A stretch of DNA of 64,000 nt from contig NC_091984.1 in NCBI RefSeq assembly GCF_044704955.1, positions 148,304,001 to 148,368,000 of the forward strand, in the 5' to 3' direction. This document shows, piece by piece, positions 48,862 through 62,245 of the stretch. Source of the DNA: Pristiophorus japonicus (taxonomy: Eukaryota). The notes below the pieces were generated by a model, which was given only the letters and a program-made list of their open reading frames with translations, had not been told where the DNA came from and made no database searches. The position numbers and the translations under genes are program-made. Every line of letters starts with the position of its first letter. Within the stretch, counting starts at the first letter, position 1.

Positions 48862-50475
48862 AGAGATGCAGTGATCGTGACCATCTTTAAAAAAGGGAAC
48901 AAGTCCGACTGCGGCAACTACAGAAGAATTTCCGTTATCAGCAACTGGGAAAGTCGTCGCGAGAGTCCTCCTCAACCATCTTCTCCCTGTGGCTGAGGAG
49001 CTCCTCCCGGAGTCGCAGGGGGGATTTCTTCCCCTAAGGGGCACAACGGATATGATTTTTGCAGCGCGACAGTTGCAGAAAAAATGCAAGGAACAGCGCC
49101 AGCCCTTATACATGGCCTTCTTCGACCTTACAAAGGCCTTTGACGCTGTCGACCTCGAGGGTTTATGGAGCGTTCTCCTCCTTTTCGGATGCCCCCAAAA
49201 GTTCATCACCATCCTCCGCCTGCTACATGACGACATGCAGGTCGTGAGCCTTACCAATGGATCCATCACAGACCCAATCCACATCCGGAGCGGGGTGAAA
49301 CAGGGCTGCATCATCGCCCCAACCCTCTTCTCAAACTTCCTCGCTTGCCATGCTCCACCTCACAGTCAACAAGCTCCCTGCTGGAGTGGAATTAAACTAC
49401 AGAACCAGTGGGAGTCTGTTCAACCTTCGTCATCTCCAGGCTGGGTCAAAGACCACCCCACCTTCTGTCGTCGAGCTACGGTATGTGGACGATGCCTGCG
49501 TCTGTGTACACAGAGAGGCTGAACACCAGGACATAGTCGACGTATTTACTGAGGCATACGAAAGCATGGGCCTTACGCTAAACATCCGTAAGACAAAGGT
49601 CCTCCACCAGCCTGTCCTCGCCGCATATCACTGACCCCCAATCATCAAGATCCACGGCGCGGTACTGAACAATGTGGACCATTTCCCATACCTCGGGAGC
49701 CTCTTATCAACAAGAGCAGACATTGACGACGAGATTCAACACTGCCTCCAGTGCGCCAGTGCAGCCTTCGGCCACCTGTGGAAAAGAGTGTTTGAAGACT
49801 AGGCCCTCAAAACTGCCACCAAGCTCAAAATCCACAGGGCTGTAGTAATACCCGCCCTCCTGTATGGCTCAGACATGGACCATGTACAGTAGACACCTCA
49901 AGTCGCTGGAGAAATACCACCAACTTTGCCTCCGCAAGATCCTACAAATCCCCTGGGAGGACAGACGCACCAATATGTGTGTCCTCGACCAGGCCAAAAT
50001 CCCCAGCATTGAAGCACTGACTACACTTGATCAGCTCTGCTGGGCAGGCCACATCGTTTGCATGCCAGACACGAGAATCCCAAAGCAAGGACTCTACTCG
50101 GAACTCCTTCACGGCAAATGAGCCAAAGGTGGGCAGAGGAAACGTTACAGGGAAACCCTCAAAACCTCCATGAAAAAGTGCAACATCACCACTGATAACT
50201 GGGAGTCCCTGGCCAAAGCCCGCCCGAAGTGGAGGAAGTGCATCCGGGAGGACGCTGAGCATCTCGAGACTCATCGCCGAGAGCATGCAGAAACCAAGCG
50301 CAGGCAGCGGAAAGAGCGTGCGGCGAACCTGTTCCACCCACCCCTTTCCCTCATCGACTGTCTGCCCCACCTGTGACAGAGTCTGTGGTTCTCGTATTGC
50401 ACTGTTCAGCCACCTAAAGACTCATTTTAAGAGTCGAAGCATGTCTTCATCAATTCTGAGGGACTGCCTATGATG
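48862..50475 (+). mobile_element. RTE-clade LINE, 5'-truncated and degenerate
   Basis: LPESQGGF, FFDLTKAFD, GVKQGCIIAP, YVDD, C-terminal CPTC..H zinc motif, tgatga tail. Confidence 0.92.
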
Positions 50476-50479
50476 ACTC

Positions 50480-53040
50480 TCACAATTATAGAGAAAAGTT
50501 AGCAGAGTTACTATTATAAATTCATAGACAAACATTGGAAAGTGCCAGAGGACTTGTGGACTGCTAAAGTTATTCCCGTATTGAAAACAGAAGATAGAAC
50601 AAGTGCAAGGGACTCTAGACCAATTAGCCTGCCGTTGGAGGTGTGAAAGTGAGTGGACCCCTCAGGGAGACAGATTCGGGACATTTATGCTTCCCGTTAG
50701 CGCAACGGGACGCAAACAGCTTTTGTCCCAGGCACAGCGCCGCTTCCCACTACCAGGAGATTCCCCGGAGTTTCGTGGCGGTGCTAACTGATCACGCCAC
50801 ACTCCGACTGGTACTGCCCCATGCCCACGCTCATCCCATCACGTGCGCAGAGACGCCACACCCCAGAGCGAAGATTGGGTGGCACCTGGTAAAGCTGCCA
50901 TGGGCAATGGCAGCAACAGCGGCTCGGGGCACATACCTGGCTGTGGGGCAATCGCGGGGCGGGGCACATACCTGGCTGTAGGACACTCGCGGAGCGGGAC
51001 ACATACCTGTCTGTAGGGCAATCGCGGGGCGGGGCACATACCTGTCTGTAGGGCAATCGTGGTGCGGGGCACATACCTGGCTGTAGAACGCTCCGCGGGG
51101 CAGGGCACATAACTGGCTGTAGGACGCTCTGCGGGGCAGGGCACATACCTGGCTGTAGGACACTCGCGGGGCGGGGCACATACCTGGCTGTAGGACACTC
51201 GCGGGGCAGGGCACATACCTGGCTGTAGGACACTCGCGGGGCGGGACACATACATGTCTGTAGGACACTCGCGGGGCGGGGCACATACCTGGCTGTAGGA
51301 CACTCGCGGGGCAGGGCACATACCTGGCTGTAGGACACTCGCGGGGCGGGACACATACATGTCAGTAGGACACTCGCGGGGCGGGGCACATACCTGGCTG
51401 TAGGACGCTCCGCGGGGCGGGGAACATACCTGGCTGTAGGACGCTCCGCGGGGCGGGGCACATACCTGGCTGTAGGACGCTCTGCGGAGCGGGGCACATA
51501 CCTGTCTGTAGGACGCTCCGTGGGGCGGGGCACATAACTGGCTGTAGGATGCTCCGCGGGGCGGGGCACATACCTGGCTGTAGGACACTCGCGGGGCGGG
51601 GCACATACCTGTCTGTAGGACACTCGCGGGGCGGGGCACATACCTGGCTGTAGGACGCTCTGCGGAGCGGGGCACATACCTGTCTGTAGGACGCTCCGCG
51701 GGGCGGGGCACATACCTGTCTGTAGGACGCAACCCAGAGATGGGAATTAAAGGGGAGCTGTGGCAGCCCAAACAATGACCCATTTATCAGTCGCGGCCTT
51801 CCTCCTTGTAGATCAATAAGTCCACTCGGTGGCGGTAAGCCCAATATAGCTTGCGGGGCAGGACTGCCACGCCTGGCGTAGGAATTCCCACCTCGCGGCT
51901 GGTACCATCCCCAAAAGTGCGGGACCGAATTTCGTCCCCCACTAGAAACACAAAATATATTAAAGATTCATCAACACGTGTTCCAAAAAGGGAAGGTCAT
52001 GCTTGACCAAACCTGATGAATTCTTTGAATAAGTTTCAGCAAGAGTAGATAAGAGTGATGCAGTAAATGTAATATACTTTGATTCTCTAAAGGCCTTCGA
52101 TATGGTATGATAGAGTAGAGTCAGGAATAATCTCCCAGCACGTGGTGTTAGGGGACAAGCAGCAGAATGGACAGCAAGGTGGCTACAAAAGCCAATAACT
52201 GGTAGTAGGGGGTCGAGGGATTTACTCCGACTGGCGGATGGTGAGCAGTGGTATGCTCAAGGATCGGCGCTGAGATCACAGACGTTGACCATTTACATAA
52301 CCCATAGGGACTCGGGAAGCACAAGCACATATTCAACATTGTCAGCCGCATCCAAATTGGAAATACAATGAATACAGAGGCAGAATAGAACAATGTTCTG
52401 AAGACATTGATAAACTTGCAGAATGGGTGTTCTATGGCAAATTAATTTCAATGTAGCAAAATGTAAGTTGCTGTATTTTGGGAGGAAGAATGAAGATCGC
52501 AAATACTCCTTGGAAAATAAGAGTCTAAATGGATCAGAGGGGCAAAGGGTTTCAGGTTTACAGACTCACAAATCATTGAAAGCAGCAACACAGCTTCACA
52601 AGACCATAACATGTAAATGGAACACTGCGATTAATTTCTAGGGCAATAGAATTGAAAAGAACAGAGAAGTCCAAATATTTCACAAGGACAAAACCAGAAA
52701 TGAGAGATTATAACGATCAGGAAAGTGTGAAGGACTGGGGCCCTTTTCTCTCGATAAGTGCCGGTTGAGGGCTTGATCCAATAGACACCTTTGAAATTAT
52801 GATGGAATTTGACAGTTTAGACGTAGAGAAGAAAATTTCACTTGTGAGGGAGTCCAATTCTGAAGTTCGTCAATTAATCCAACATGAAATTGTGGTGAGC
52901 GAGACATCTTTGGTCAGAGAGTGGTTAGAATGGGGAACTTGCTCCAGCATGGAATATTGCAGGTGCACATTTAAGGAGAAGATAGTTAAGTACATGAGAG
53001 AGACCGGGATAGAAGGATAATATAATAGGGTTGGATAGCA
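50480..53040 (+). mobile_element. Old CR1 fragments carrying a Harbinger-type MITE (~50664-51940)
   Basis: CR1 motifs either side (WQINFNVAKCKLLYFG); imperfect inverted ends gggagacagattcgg / ccgaatttcgtcccc. Confidence 0.6.
50922..51730 (+). repeat. GC-rich ~35-bp minisatellite (~23 copies)
   Basis: Unit gcggggcggggcacatacctggctgtaggacactc. Confidence 0.93.
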
Positions 53041-53042
53041 TA

Positions 53043-53484
53043 AGCTGTGGCTCATTGGGTAGCAAACTTGCCTCTGATTCAATAGGTTGTGGGTTCAAAT
53101 CCCACTCCTGGGACTCGAGCACATAAATTGAGCGTGACACTCCAGTACAATGCTGAGGGACTGCTGCACTGTCGGAGGTGCGATCTTTGGGTTGAGATGT
53201 TAAATTGAAGCCTGGTCTGTTCTCTCAGGTGGATGTAAAAATCACAAGACACAATTTTGAAGACCAGGGGAGGTATCACTGGTGTTCTGACCATTATTTA
53301 TCCCTCAATCAACATCACAAAAACTGTTTATCTGGTCATTAACTTGGAGCTTGCTGTGCGCAAATTGGCTGCTGCGTTTCCCAAGTTACAACAATGATTA
53401 AACTCCAAAACTACTTCATTGGCTGTAAAACATTGAGACGTCTGGAGGCCGTGAAAGGCGCTATATAAATCCAAGTCTTTCTTT
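53043..53484 (+). mobile_element. DeuSINE (SacSINE1-like), full length
   Basis: tRNA-like head, Deu domain and gtgaaaggcgctatataaat..tctttcttt tail. Confidence 0.85.
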
Positions 53485-55269
53485 GAATGGGATGGGAAGC
53501 ATCTTGTGTAGAGCATAAACACCGAGAAAAAACAATTTTGCGGAGAGGCCATTTTCTGTGCTGTAAATTCTATTTCAGTAACTTGAGCATTAATTGTTAT
53601 GTTCAGAATAAATCCACAGGACTATATCGCAAGCTCAAACTGTTGTGACTTTAGTCTCTTTATTTCAGAATCCAGAGTGAGGAAGCAGCATGGTGAATCA
53701 CCTTTTATACCTGCATGCCCCAGGGTGCACAGATGACCCTTAGGTCTCCCACAGGTGTGCCCCCTGGTGGCAAGTCTTACATTTTGGTAAGGTTTACATA
53801 CATTAATAACATCACTCTCCGCCCCCCCCCCCAATGTCTTATGTGCAAGTTATTTGCAAGTTGAGGTGATCTGGTGCCTCATGTCCCCACGTCGATCGCC
53901 TGGGTTGAAATCCTGACGTGGTGGGTTCATCCTCGTGATTGACGACGAAGTTGATCGTGTTAGTGGGTCACTGGGGGCCAGGTCCTTTCACAGTGGTTCC
54001 TGGTTATCTGTAGTTCGCAGTTTGGTCTTGTCCAAATGCTTCACTCGTTAGCACGGTACATGGTTTCACAATCAAACGCTCCGTTTTCATCACATACACT
54101 CCATTCCCCCCCTTGGCTAATGCACTGCTAGAGGCCCAACTGGGGCCCTGAACATGGTCTACAACACTTATTCTGATGTCGCGTGGAGGGGCCATGCAAT
54201 TGTTCTGCATTCTCTGCTGATGGCAAGTGGAAGGCTCGGTTCTGAGTGATTCGGTCTGGTGATTGCGTAACACCCAGGATAGCCGGTCTGTAGGGAGTCT
54301 GCCATGGCACACGTGGTGCTAGGTTTAGTCATTTGGGTGCTGACCCTGAGGTCTGGCAAGCCCAGGATGGCCGCAATGGCCTTGAGACTTTCGGTAGTGG
54401 TGGGAGACCTCGTAGTCCCCGTGGACCTTGGGCCGTAGTATGGGGGCCGCGGACCACCGACTATGTGTAGCTGCCCTGCCTTGCTTTGCAACGTTGGGAT
54501 GGGTCTAACGTCTTTTTGGCAGATAGATTGCCACACCCCATCGAGCAGTTCACCTTTGACAGGTGGTAACGTGGGATCCTGGCTGGTCCAGGTCCTAAGC
54601 TGGGGAGCCATTATGGTTGACCCCTCGCTTTCTAGCACTTCCACGACAGCGAGTGGGTCTGCAAGCTACGCCGTTTCCACCCCGGGGGTGGGCAACGGTG
54701 GCCAACTGAGAACATGGGCGCCACTCTCAGTGCCTGGCCCGTGGTGGATCATGTTACAGTGCAGAGACAGTGTTGGACATTATCGAAACAATGCACCGAT
54801 AATGGTGACTCTGCTCTCCCAAGCTCATGGGGTGAGCAGTTTGTCTGACTCGAGCACATGTTAGGACACTCTTTGGTACGTTTCTTTAGCCCAGTGAACA
54901 CAGGCTGCTGCTTTGTTTAACTTATTTAACACATGTTTAATCATTTGGGGCTCGCCCGCTACTTTGGCCTGCTGCAGAACACACCAGGCCCTGTGCAGTA
55001 ACATCTCACTTGCTACGAATACTTTGTTAGATACACATACGACCGGTTGGTGTTCGCCAGCTACTTTGGCTTGTTATAACATACCTCCAACCCCATACAA
55101 TGGTACATCATTGGCCACGAAAGACCGCTCACACGGGTTACATGGTGCACACAATTTATTTGAGCGGAGTTGATTCCTGGCCTTCATCGGGTTTGTCTCT
55201 ATACCTTTGCCCCAAACCCCGTCATCTTCCTTGTTGGGCGACACATTCCTCCGTTCTGTTGCGGTGACC

Positions 55270-56710
55270 TTCTGTGGTCTGGAAGCTCCCTCATCCCGTG
55301 CTCTGGACGCTCTCTCGTCCCATGTTCTGGACGCTCTCGTCCCGTGCTCTGGACGCTCTCTCGTCCCATGCTCTGGACACTCTCTCGTCCCATGGTCTAG
55401 ACGCTCTCTCGTCCCGTGCTCTGGACACTCTCTCATCCCATGGTCTGGACACTCTCTCGTCCCATGATCTGGACCCTCTCTCCTCCCCTGGTCTGGACGC
55501 TCTCTCCTCCCCTGGTCTGGACGTGCTCTCATCCCATGATCTGGACGCTCTCTCGTCCCATAGTCTGGACGCTCTCTCGTCCCCTGGTCTGGACGCTCTC
55601 TCGTCCCATGATCTGGACGCTCTCTCGTCCCATGGTCTGGAGGCTCTCTCATCCCATTGTCTGGACGCTCTCTTGTCCCATGATCTGGACGCTCTCTCGT
55701 CCCATAGTCTGGATGCTCTCTCGTCCCATGGTCTGGACGCTCTCTCGTCCCCTGGTCTGGACGCTCTCTCGTCCCCTGGTCTGGATGCTCTTTCATCCCG
55801 TGCTCTGGATGCTCTCTCGTCCCATGCTCTGGACGCTCTCTCGTCCCATGATCTGGACACTCTCTCATCTCATGATCTGGACGCTCTCTCATCCCCTGGT
55901 CTGGACGCTCTCTCGTCCCATGATCTGGACACTCTCTCGTCCCCTGGTCTCGATGCTCTCTCGTCCCCTGGTCTGGACGCTCTCTCGTCCCATGATCTGG
56001 ACGCTCTCTCGTCCCCTGGTCTGTACGCTCTCTCGTCCCCTGGTCTGGACGCTCCCTCGTCCCCTGGTCTGTACGCTCTCTCGTCCCGTGGTCTGTACGC
56101 TCTCTCGTCCCCTGGTCTGTACGCTCTCTCGTCCCCTGGTCTGGATGCTCTCTCGTCCCATGCTCTGGACGCTCTCTCGTCCCATGGTCTGGACGCTCTC
56201 TCGTCCCGTGCACTGGATGCTCTCTCGTCCCATGCACTGGACCCTCTCTCGTCCCGTGGTCTGGACGCTCTCTCGTCCCGTGGTCTGGACACTCTCTCGT
56301 CCCATGCTCTGGACGCTCTCTCGTCCCGTGGTCTGGACGCTCTCTCATCCCGTGGTCTGGACGCTCTCTCGTCCCCTGGTCTGGATGCTCTCTCGTCCCA
56401 TGCTCTGGATGCTCTCTCGTCCCATGCTCTGGACGCTCTCTCGTCCCGTGGTCTGGACGCTCTCTCATCCCATGGTCTGGTCGCTCTCTCGTCCCGTGGT
56501 CTGGACGCTCTCTCGTCCCGTGCACTGGACGCTCTCTTGTCCCGTGCACTGGACCCTCTCTCGTCCCGTGGTCTGGATGCTCTCTCGTCCCGTGGTCTGG
56601 ATGCTCTCTCGGCCCATGATCTGGCGTTCTCTCATCCCATGGTTTGGGCGCACTCTCATCCCATGGTCCGGATGCCTTCTTGTCCCGTGGTCTGGACGCC
56701 CTCTCGTCCG
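55270..56710. repeat. 24-bp minisatellite (~60 copies) inside the Gypsy pol remnant
   Basis: Unit tctggacgctctctcgtcccatgg; reads HGTRERPD on the minus strand. Confidence 0.95.
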
Positions 56711-57446
56711 TGTCTGTGATGCCGACTGCCGCAATCTTCTTCCCCAGGTATTTTGCCTTTGGTCTCGGGAAGACGCATTCGGATTGTTTTGGCCGGAGTC
56801 CCACTCCGCATGGTCGACCTGGAGCCTCTTGCATCGTCGCGAAGGGATCGTCGGCTTGGAGTGGTGGGTACCGCGCCTGTACCACTGCTCGGTTGAACTT
56901 TACCTCCTCTTGGTTGTGATGAGTGGCCTGTGCCTGGTTCAGCTGGATCTGCACTTCAATGCCTGGTTCAGCTGGAAGAGGGGGTTTGCTTGGTCTTTGG
57001 GAAAGGGAGACCTCGTTCGCCGGAGAGGGTATGCAGAGGTCTTCCCAGTTCCATCGAATCTTCCCCATCCACCTCCTGCCAAGCGACGTTGGCCCATCAC
57101 CTGAAACAATCCACAGTGGTAACTCGTGCACTGCTCCCTCATGGGATACTCTTATGTCCACACTACCAATAACTGATATGAGTTTCTTGGTGTAGGTGCG
57201 CAGATTTTCCTGAATCAGGATCAGCTTGGGTCTCTGTGTTTCATCGCCCCACAGCCTCTCAAATGCCTTCTGGCTCATAACTGATTGACTTGCCCCCGTG
57301 TCTAGTTCCATGGAGACTGAAGGGCTGTTAAGTTCAACTTTTAACATTATCGGAGGGCTTTTGGCGGTGAAGGTGTGTATCCCTCTACTTCCTCTTTACC
57401 CTCAGGTTCAGTTGCCTCTCCTGCTCGTTCATCGTGATCCCCACAG

Positions 57447-58749
57447 TGTAGGGGAGGACGAAAACCCCCTCATTTTACCCAGAAGGAAAGGGGCTGTGGG
57501 ATCAGTCTGTGCTGTGAATTGAAACCGATGGAAGAAAAACTTTGGGACACAAATGGAGACCCCCCCGTGTTTGGACTCATAGGAAAGGGAATTTAATTTG
57601 GAACTATCTACCAGAAAGTTTGAAATCCTAAAGTGCACATGGAAGAAACTATGAACTTTAATCGAATTTGGGATTTTTTTTAAGGTCTGCAAGAAAAGGG
57701 GTGGAGTCAATATCAAAAGGGCCAGTTTGGACATTGGAACTAATCAAATTGTCTGGGAACTGTATACCCTCGAAACTTGCCCCTTGAAAACATTAGCATT
57801 TAAACAATGCCACATACATATTCCAACACCTTTTTCATCAGGCATAGAAATATCTGGCTCAGGCCAGACTAGCACAATGGCTACAGGAGGCCAATGCAAT
57901 CAACACCCACTCAAACCTTGAGTAGGTTAAGATCAGTGGGAAAAAAACCTAAAAACCTCATACTGCTGCATTTTTCAAAATCAAAAGTCCACCAATGAGA
58001 AGAATCGACTTCAGCAGGAGAGGCGGACTGGATAATCTGGCTATAAAAAAAGGGGTTTCTGACGTAGTGAGGGAGAGGAGTGATGATTTTCCCTGCCCTG
58101 GTGATTCAACAACCACAACCACAGGCCTCTCGACACGGAAGGAAAACCAGTGTCCGAAGACACTGAAGATAGAAGAAACAAACCACCAGACTGCAGAAGG
58201 CACAGTAGTGAGTATAACCTCTGGTCCCCAGAACTCCCAACTCAGTTAGGCCAGGAAAGGTGGGAGGTTGGGCATTGTACTGCTAAACTGGTGTAAAGAT
58301 TTTCGTTGTGTCCGTTTAGTGGGATTTAGGGGGATTGTTTTGTTGGTGTATTGCTGTTTGTTGAGATGCACCTTGTCAAATAAATTGGAAGCCTAAAGTT
58401 CCTCTTGGAATCACCTTGTCTCAGTTCTATTGTATTACATCTCCTGATCGTGAGTCTTATGTCAGAACAGTGTAAGGGAAGCTAGGAGCACCTCGAAAAC
58501 GCTCAACTGTGTGTCACAGGCTAGGGAAGAAGGGGTTAGGAGTGTTTGACACTCACAGGTGCCTCACAGGCTAGGCATAAGCTGTGGGGACGCACGAGTC
58601 TCAAAACCCCCTTCATAAGCTGTGGACACAGTCTCTCCAGGGGTGCTCTTGCAGCACTCAGGGTACCTCACAGGCCAGGCATAAGCTGTGAGGGCAGAAG
58701 CCCAGAGAGAGACATCCAAGGCACAACAACCCTGTGAAAACCCCTTACA
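57447..58749 (+). mobile_element. Solo LTR (1303 bp), diverged relative of the 35594 LTR family, nested in Gypsy
   Basis: TGTAGGGG...CCCCTTACA termini; perfect 4-bp TSD ACAG; TATAAA at ~58042 and AATAAA at ~58379; shared block atggagacccccc..gtgtttggactcataggaaagggaatt. Confidence 0.88.
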
Positions 58750-60559
58750 ACAGGATCGGTCATCCTCTCCTGACTCTGCCACCCGGTGGTGCCCCATTGT
58801 TCCACAGCCCTTGCACAAATAGGGCTTCAATCGACATTGATCAGCTCAATGGCTGCCCCCGCAGCACCAACGTGGTGCTAATGGATATGCATTCATGCCC
58901 TACGGCGGACTCTGAGTCACTCTAGGCCTAGGTCTGGCCTCTGCAATCGGGTGGGCCCTGCCCTACACCATTCTGCCTGCTGCAAACGTTATTTTGTGCA
59001 CGGTGCTCGCCAGTGAGCTTCGATTCTGTGAAGATATCTGTTTCATGTTATCGCTCATGGATATGAAGGCTTGGGCTATCATGATGCTTGGCTATTGCTC
59101 AGATCTAGGGATTCGGCAGACAGCAGTTTGCGAAGAATGCCCTCGTGGCCAATTCCAAGCACAAAAAAGACCCTCAACATTTCCCCCAAGGATCCTGCAA
59201 AGTTGCACTGCCCCGCAAGGTGCCTTAGGTCAGTGACAAAACGCACCATGTTCTGGCCCTCGGAGGGCTGGTGAGTATAAATTGGTACCTGGCCATCAGG
59301 ATGCTCTCTGTTGGCTTGAGGTGTTCCCTAGCCAGCGTACATAGCTCTGCATAAGATTTGTCCATTATTTTGACTAGTGCCAGCAAGTTTTTTAGGAGGC
59401 CATATAACGATGACCCACATATGGTGAGGAGAATCGACCTATGCTTGGCCGCCATCTCAGCCTTGTCCAATTCGTTGGCCACAAAGTACTGGTCGAGGCA
59501 CTCAACGAAGGCTTCCCAATCATCACCCTCATCAAATCTCTCAAGAATACCAATGGCAGTCATTACTGCGTGAAAGTTTGTGATCCATTACTCGTCGCCA
59601 CTTTGTTATGTTCAGAATAAACCCACAGGACTATATCGCAAGCTCAAACTGTTGTGTCCTTGGTCTCTTTATTTCAGACTCCAGAGTGAGTCACCTTTTA
59701 TACCTGCTTGCCCCAGGGTGCACAGGTGACCCTTCGGTCTCCCACAGGTGTGCCCCCTGGTGGCAAGTCTTACATTTGGGTAAGGTCTAATTACATGCAT
59801 AACATTAATTAATCACAGTCATCAGTTCGACATAGCATTGCAGATATTGAAGTAGTTTAGTTATTGAAGCATTGCACTATATATTTCATTATAAACCAAT
59901 TACTGATATAATTGTTTCCTGCCCTCGGACTGATCTGTTTATTATGAAAACCCGATATGTATGTTCTCCAGTTATACGTGTCTCTGCTCCCAGAAACAGA
60001 CCTCGCTGAGCTTGCGGCAGAGATCGCTGCAGGTTACCTGTGTAGAGAATCTGAATCATGGATAAGATCTGATCCATCATATTCTTATCAGTTACAGAAG
60101 TTTAATAATCAATAACCACAGCCCAATATCCATCCTGTGTTATAGTAAGATCATTAAATTCAGCTCTCAGGACCCACAGATTCTCAGGACCATGTTGGGG
60201 GAAGGAGATTAATCAACACCAAAACAATTAAAGTGTTTACAGTCACTATACTCATTATGTAGAGCTTCTGATTAATGTAACTGTGCTGTCCTGCTGTTCA
60301 CCGGTCAGTAAATAGTTAACGTTTGTTTCTATTGGTGCAGTTCAGTAGGAAATAGCAATATCAATGCATTTCACTTGATACACTTCTAACCAAACACCTT
60401 CAACCAGCAGCTGCAATATCCCCCTTTGCCAACGATTACATTTCACAAAACACGAACGCAACTCCACGGAGTTCAGAAGTCGATCATCGAAAACAAATAT
60501 TTCAAAGTAGAATCGATTTGTTCCACACCGCTTAATGACTCACACTCAGCACAATTGTA

Positions 60560-62245
60560 TGGTGACAGATACTCCCAGTAATACACAGTCACTGGGGTAC
60601 AGTGTTCCACACCGTTAGTGAGCCACACTCAGTATATCCGACAGACACAGACACTCCCAGTAATACACAGTCACTGGGGTACAGTGTTCCACACCGTTAG
60701 TGAGGCTTACTCAGTATATCCTACAGACACAGACACTCCCAGTAATACACGGTCACTGGGGTATGGTGTTCCACACCGGTTAATGAGCCTCACTCAGTAT
60801 ATCCTACAGTCACAGACACTCCCAGTAATACACGGTCACTGGGGTACGTTGTTCCACACCGGTTAATGAGCCTCACTCAGTATATCCTACAGTCACAGAC
60901 ACTCCCAGTAATACACGGTCACTGGGGTACGTTGTTCCACACTGGTTAATGAGCCTCACTCAGTATATACTACAGTCACAGACACTCCCAATAATACACG
61001 GTCACTGGGGTATGGTGTTCCACACTGGTTAATGAGCCTCACTCAGTATATCCGACAGACACAGACACTCCCAGTAATACACGGTCACTGGGGTACGTTG
61101 TTCCACACCGTTAGTGAGCCTCACTCAGTATATCCGACAGACACAGACACTCCCAGTAATACACGGTCACTGGGGTATGGTATTCCACACTGGTTAATGA
61201 GCCTCACTCAGTATATCCTACAGACACAGACACTCCCAGTAATACACGGTCACTGGGGTACGTTGTTCCACACTGGTTAATGAGCCACACTCAGTATATC
61301 CTACAGACACAGACACTCCCAGTAATACACAGTCACTGGGGTACGTTGTTCCACACCGGTTAGTGAGCTTCACTCAGTATATCCTACAGTCACATATACT
61401 CCCAGTAATACACGGTCACTGGGGTACAGTGTTCCACACTGGTTAATGAGCCTCACTCAGTATATCCTACAGTCACAGACACTCCCAGTAATACACGGTC
61501 ACTGGGGTATGGTGTTCCACACTGGTTAATGATCCTCACTCAGTATATCCTACAGTCACAGACACTCCCAGTAATACACGGTCACCGGGGTACAGTATTC
61601 CACACTGGTTAATGAGCCTCACTCAGTATATCCTACAGTCACAGACACTCCCAGTAATACACAGTCACTGGGGTATGGTGTTCCACACTGGTTAATGAGC
61701 CACACTCAGTATATCCTACAGACACAGACACTCCCAGTAATACACAGTCACTGGGGTACAGTGTTCCACACTGGTTAATGAGCCTCACTCAGTATATCCG
61801 ACAGACACAGACACTCCCAATAATACACGGTCACTGGGGTACGTTGTTCCACACTGGTTAATGAGCCTCACTCAGTATATCCGACAGACACAGACACTCC
61901 CAGTAATACACGGTCACTGGGGTATGGTGTTCCACACTGGTTAATGAGCCACACTCAGTATATCCGACAGACACAGACACTCCCAGTAATACCTGGTCAC
62001 TGGGGTATGGTGTTCCACACTGGTTAATGAGCCACACTCAGTATATCCTACAGACACAGACACTCCCAGTAATACACGGTCATTGGGGTACAGTGTTCCA
62101 CACCGTTAGTGAGACTCACTCAGTATATCCTACAGACACAGACACTCCCAGTAATACACGGTCACTGGGGTACAGTGTTCCACACCGTTAATGAGCCACA
62201 CTCAGTATATCCTACAGTGACAGACACTAGCAGTAATACACCAGT
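60560..62245 (+). repeat. 82-83-bp tandem array (~20 copies)
   Basis: Unit cactcccagtaatacacggtcactggggtacgttgttccacaccggttaatgagcctcactcagtatatcctacagtcacaga; period 83 at 60781/60864. Confidence 0.95.

Larger units (their letters stand above)
53595..59804 (-). mobile_element. Gypsy LTR element, full boundaries, non-autonomous
   Basis: LTRs 53595-53811 and 59604-59804 (TGTTA..TAACA); 5-bp TSD TTAAT; PBS TGGCGACGAG (59591-59600); gag GILERFDEGDDWEAFVE.L.QYF.AN; protease ELDTGAS; RT core missing. Confidence 0.92.

Noticed and set aside
50784-51844. C/P-rich overlapping ORFs
   Set aside because: Minisatellite translations.
59810-60520. Possible host exon in unique AT-rich DNA
   Set aside because: No recognisable protein motif or convincing splice-bounded ORF.
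60560-62245. CRISPR-like appearance of the hairpin repeats (also 4227-4587)
   Set aside because: Head-to-tail units without unique spacers, no cas genes, vertebrate DNA.
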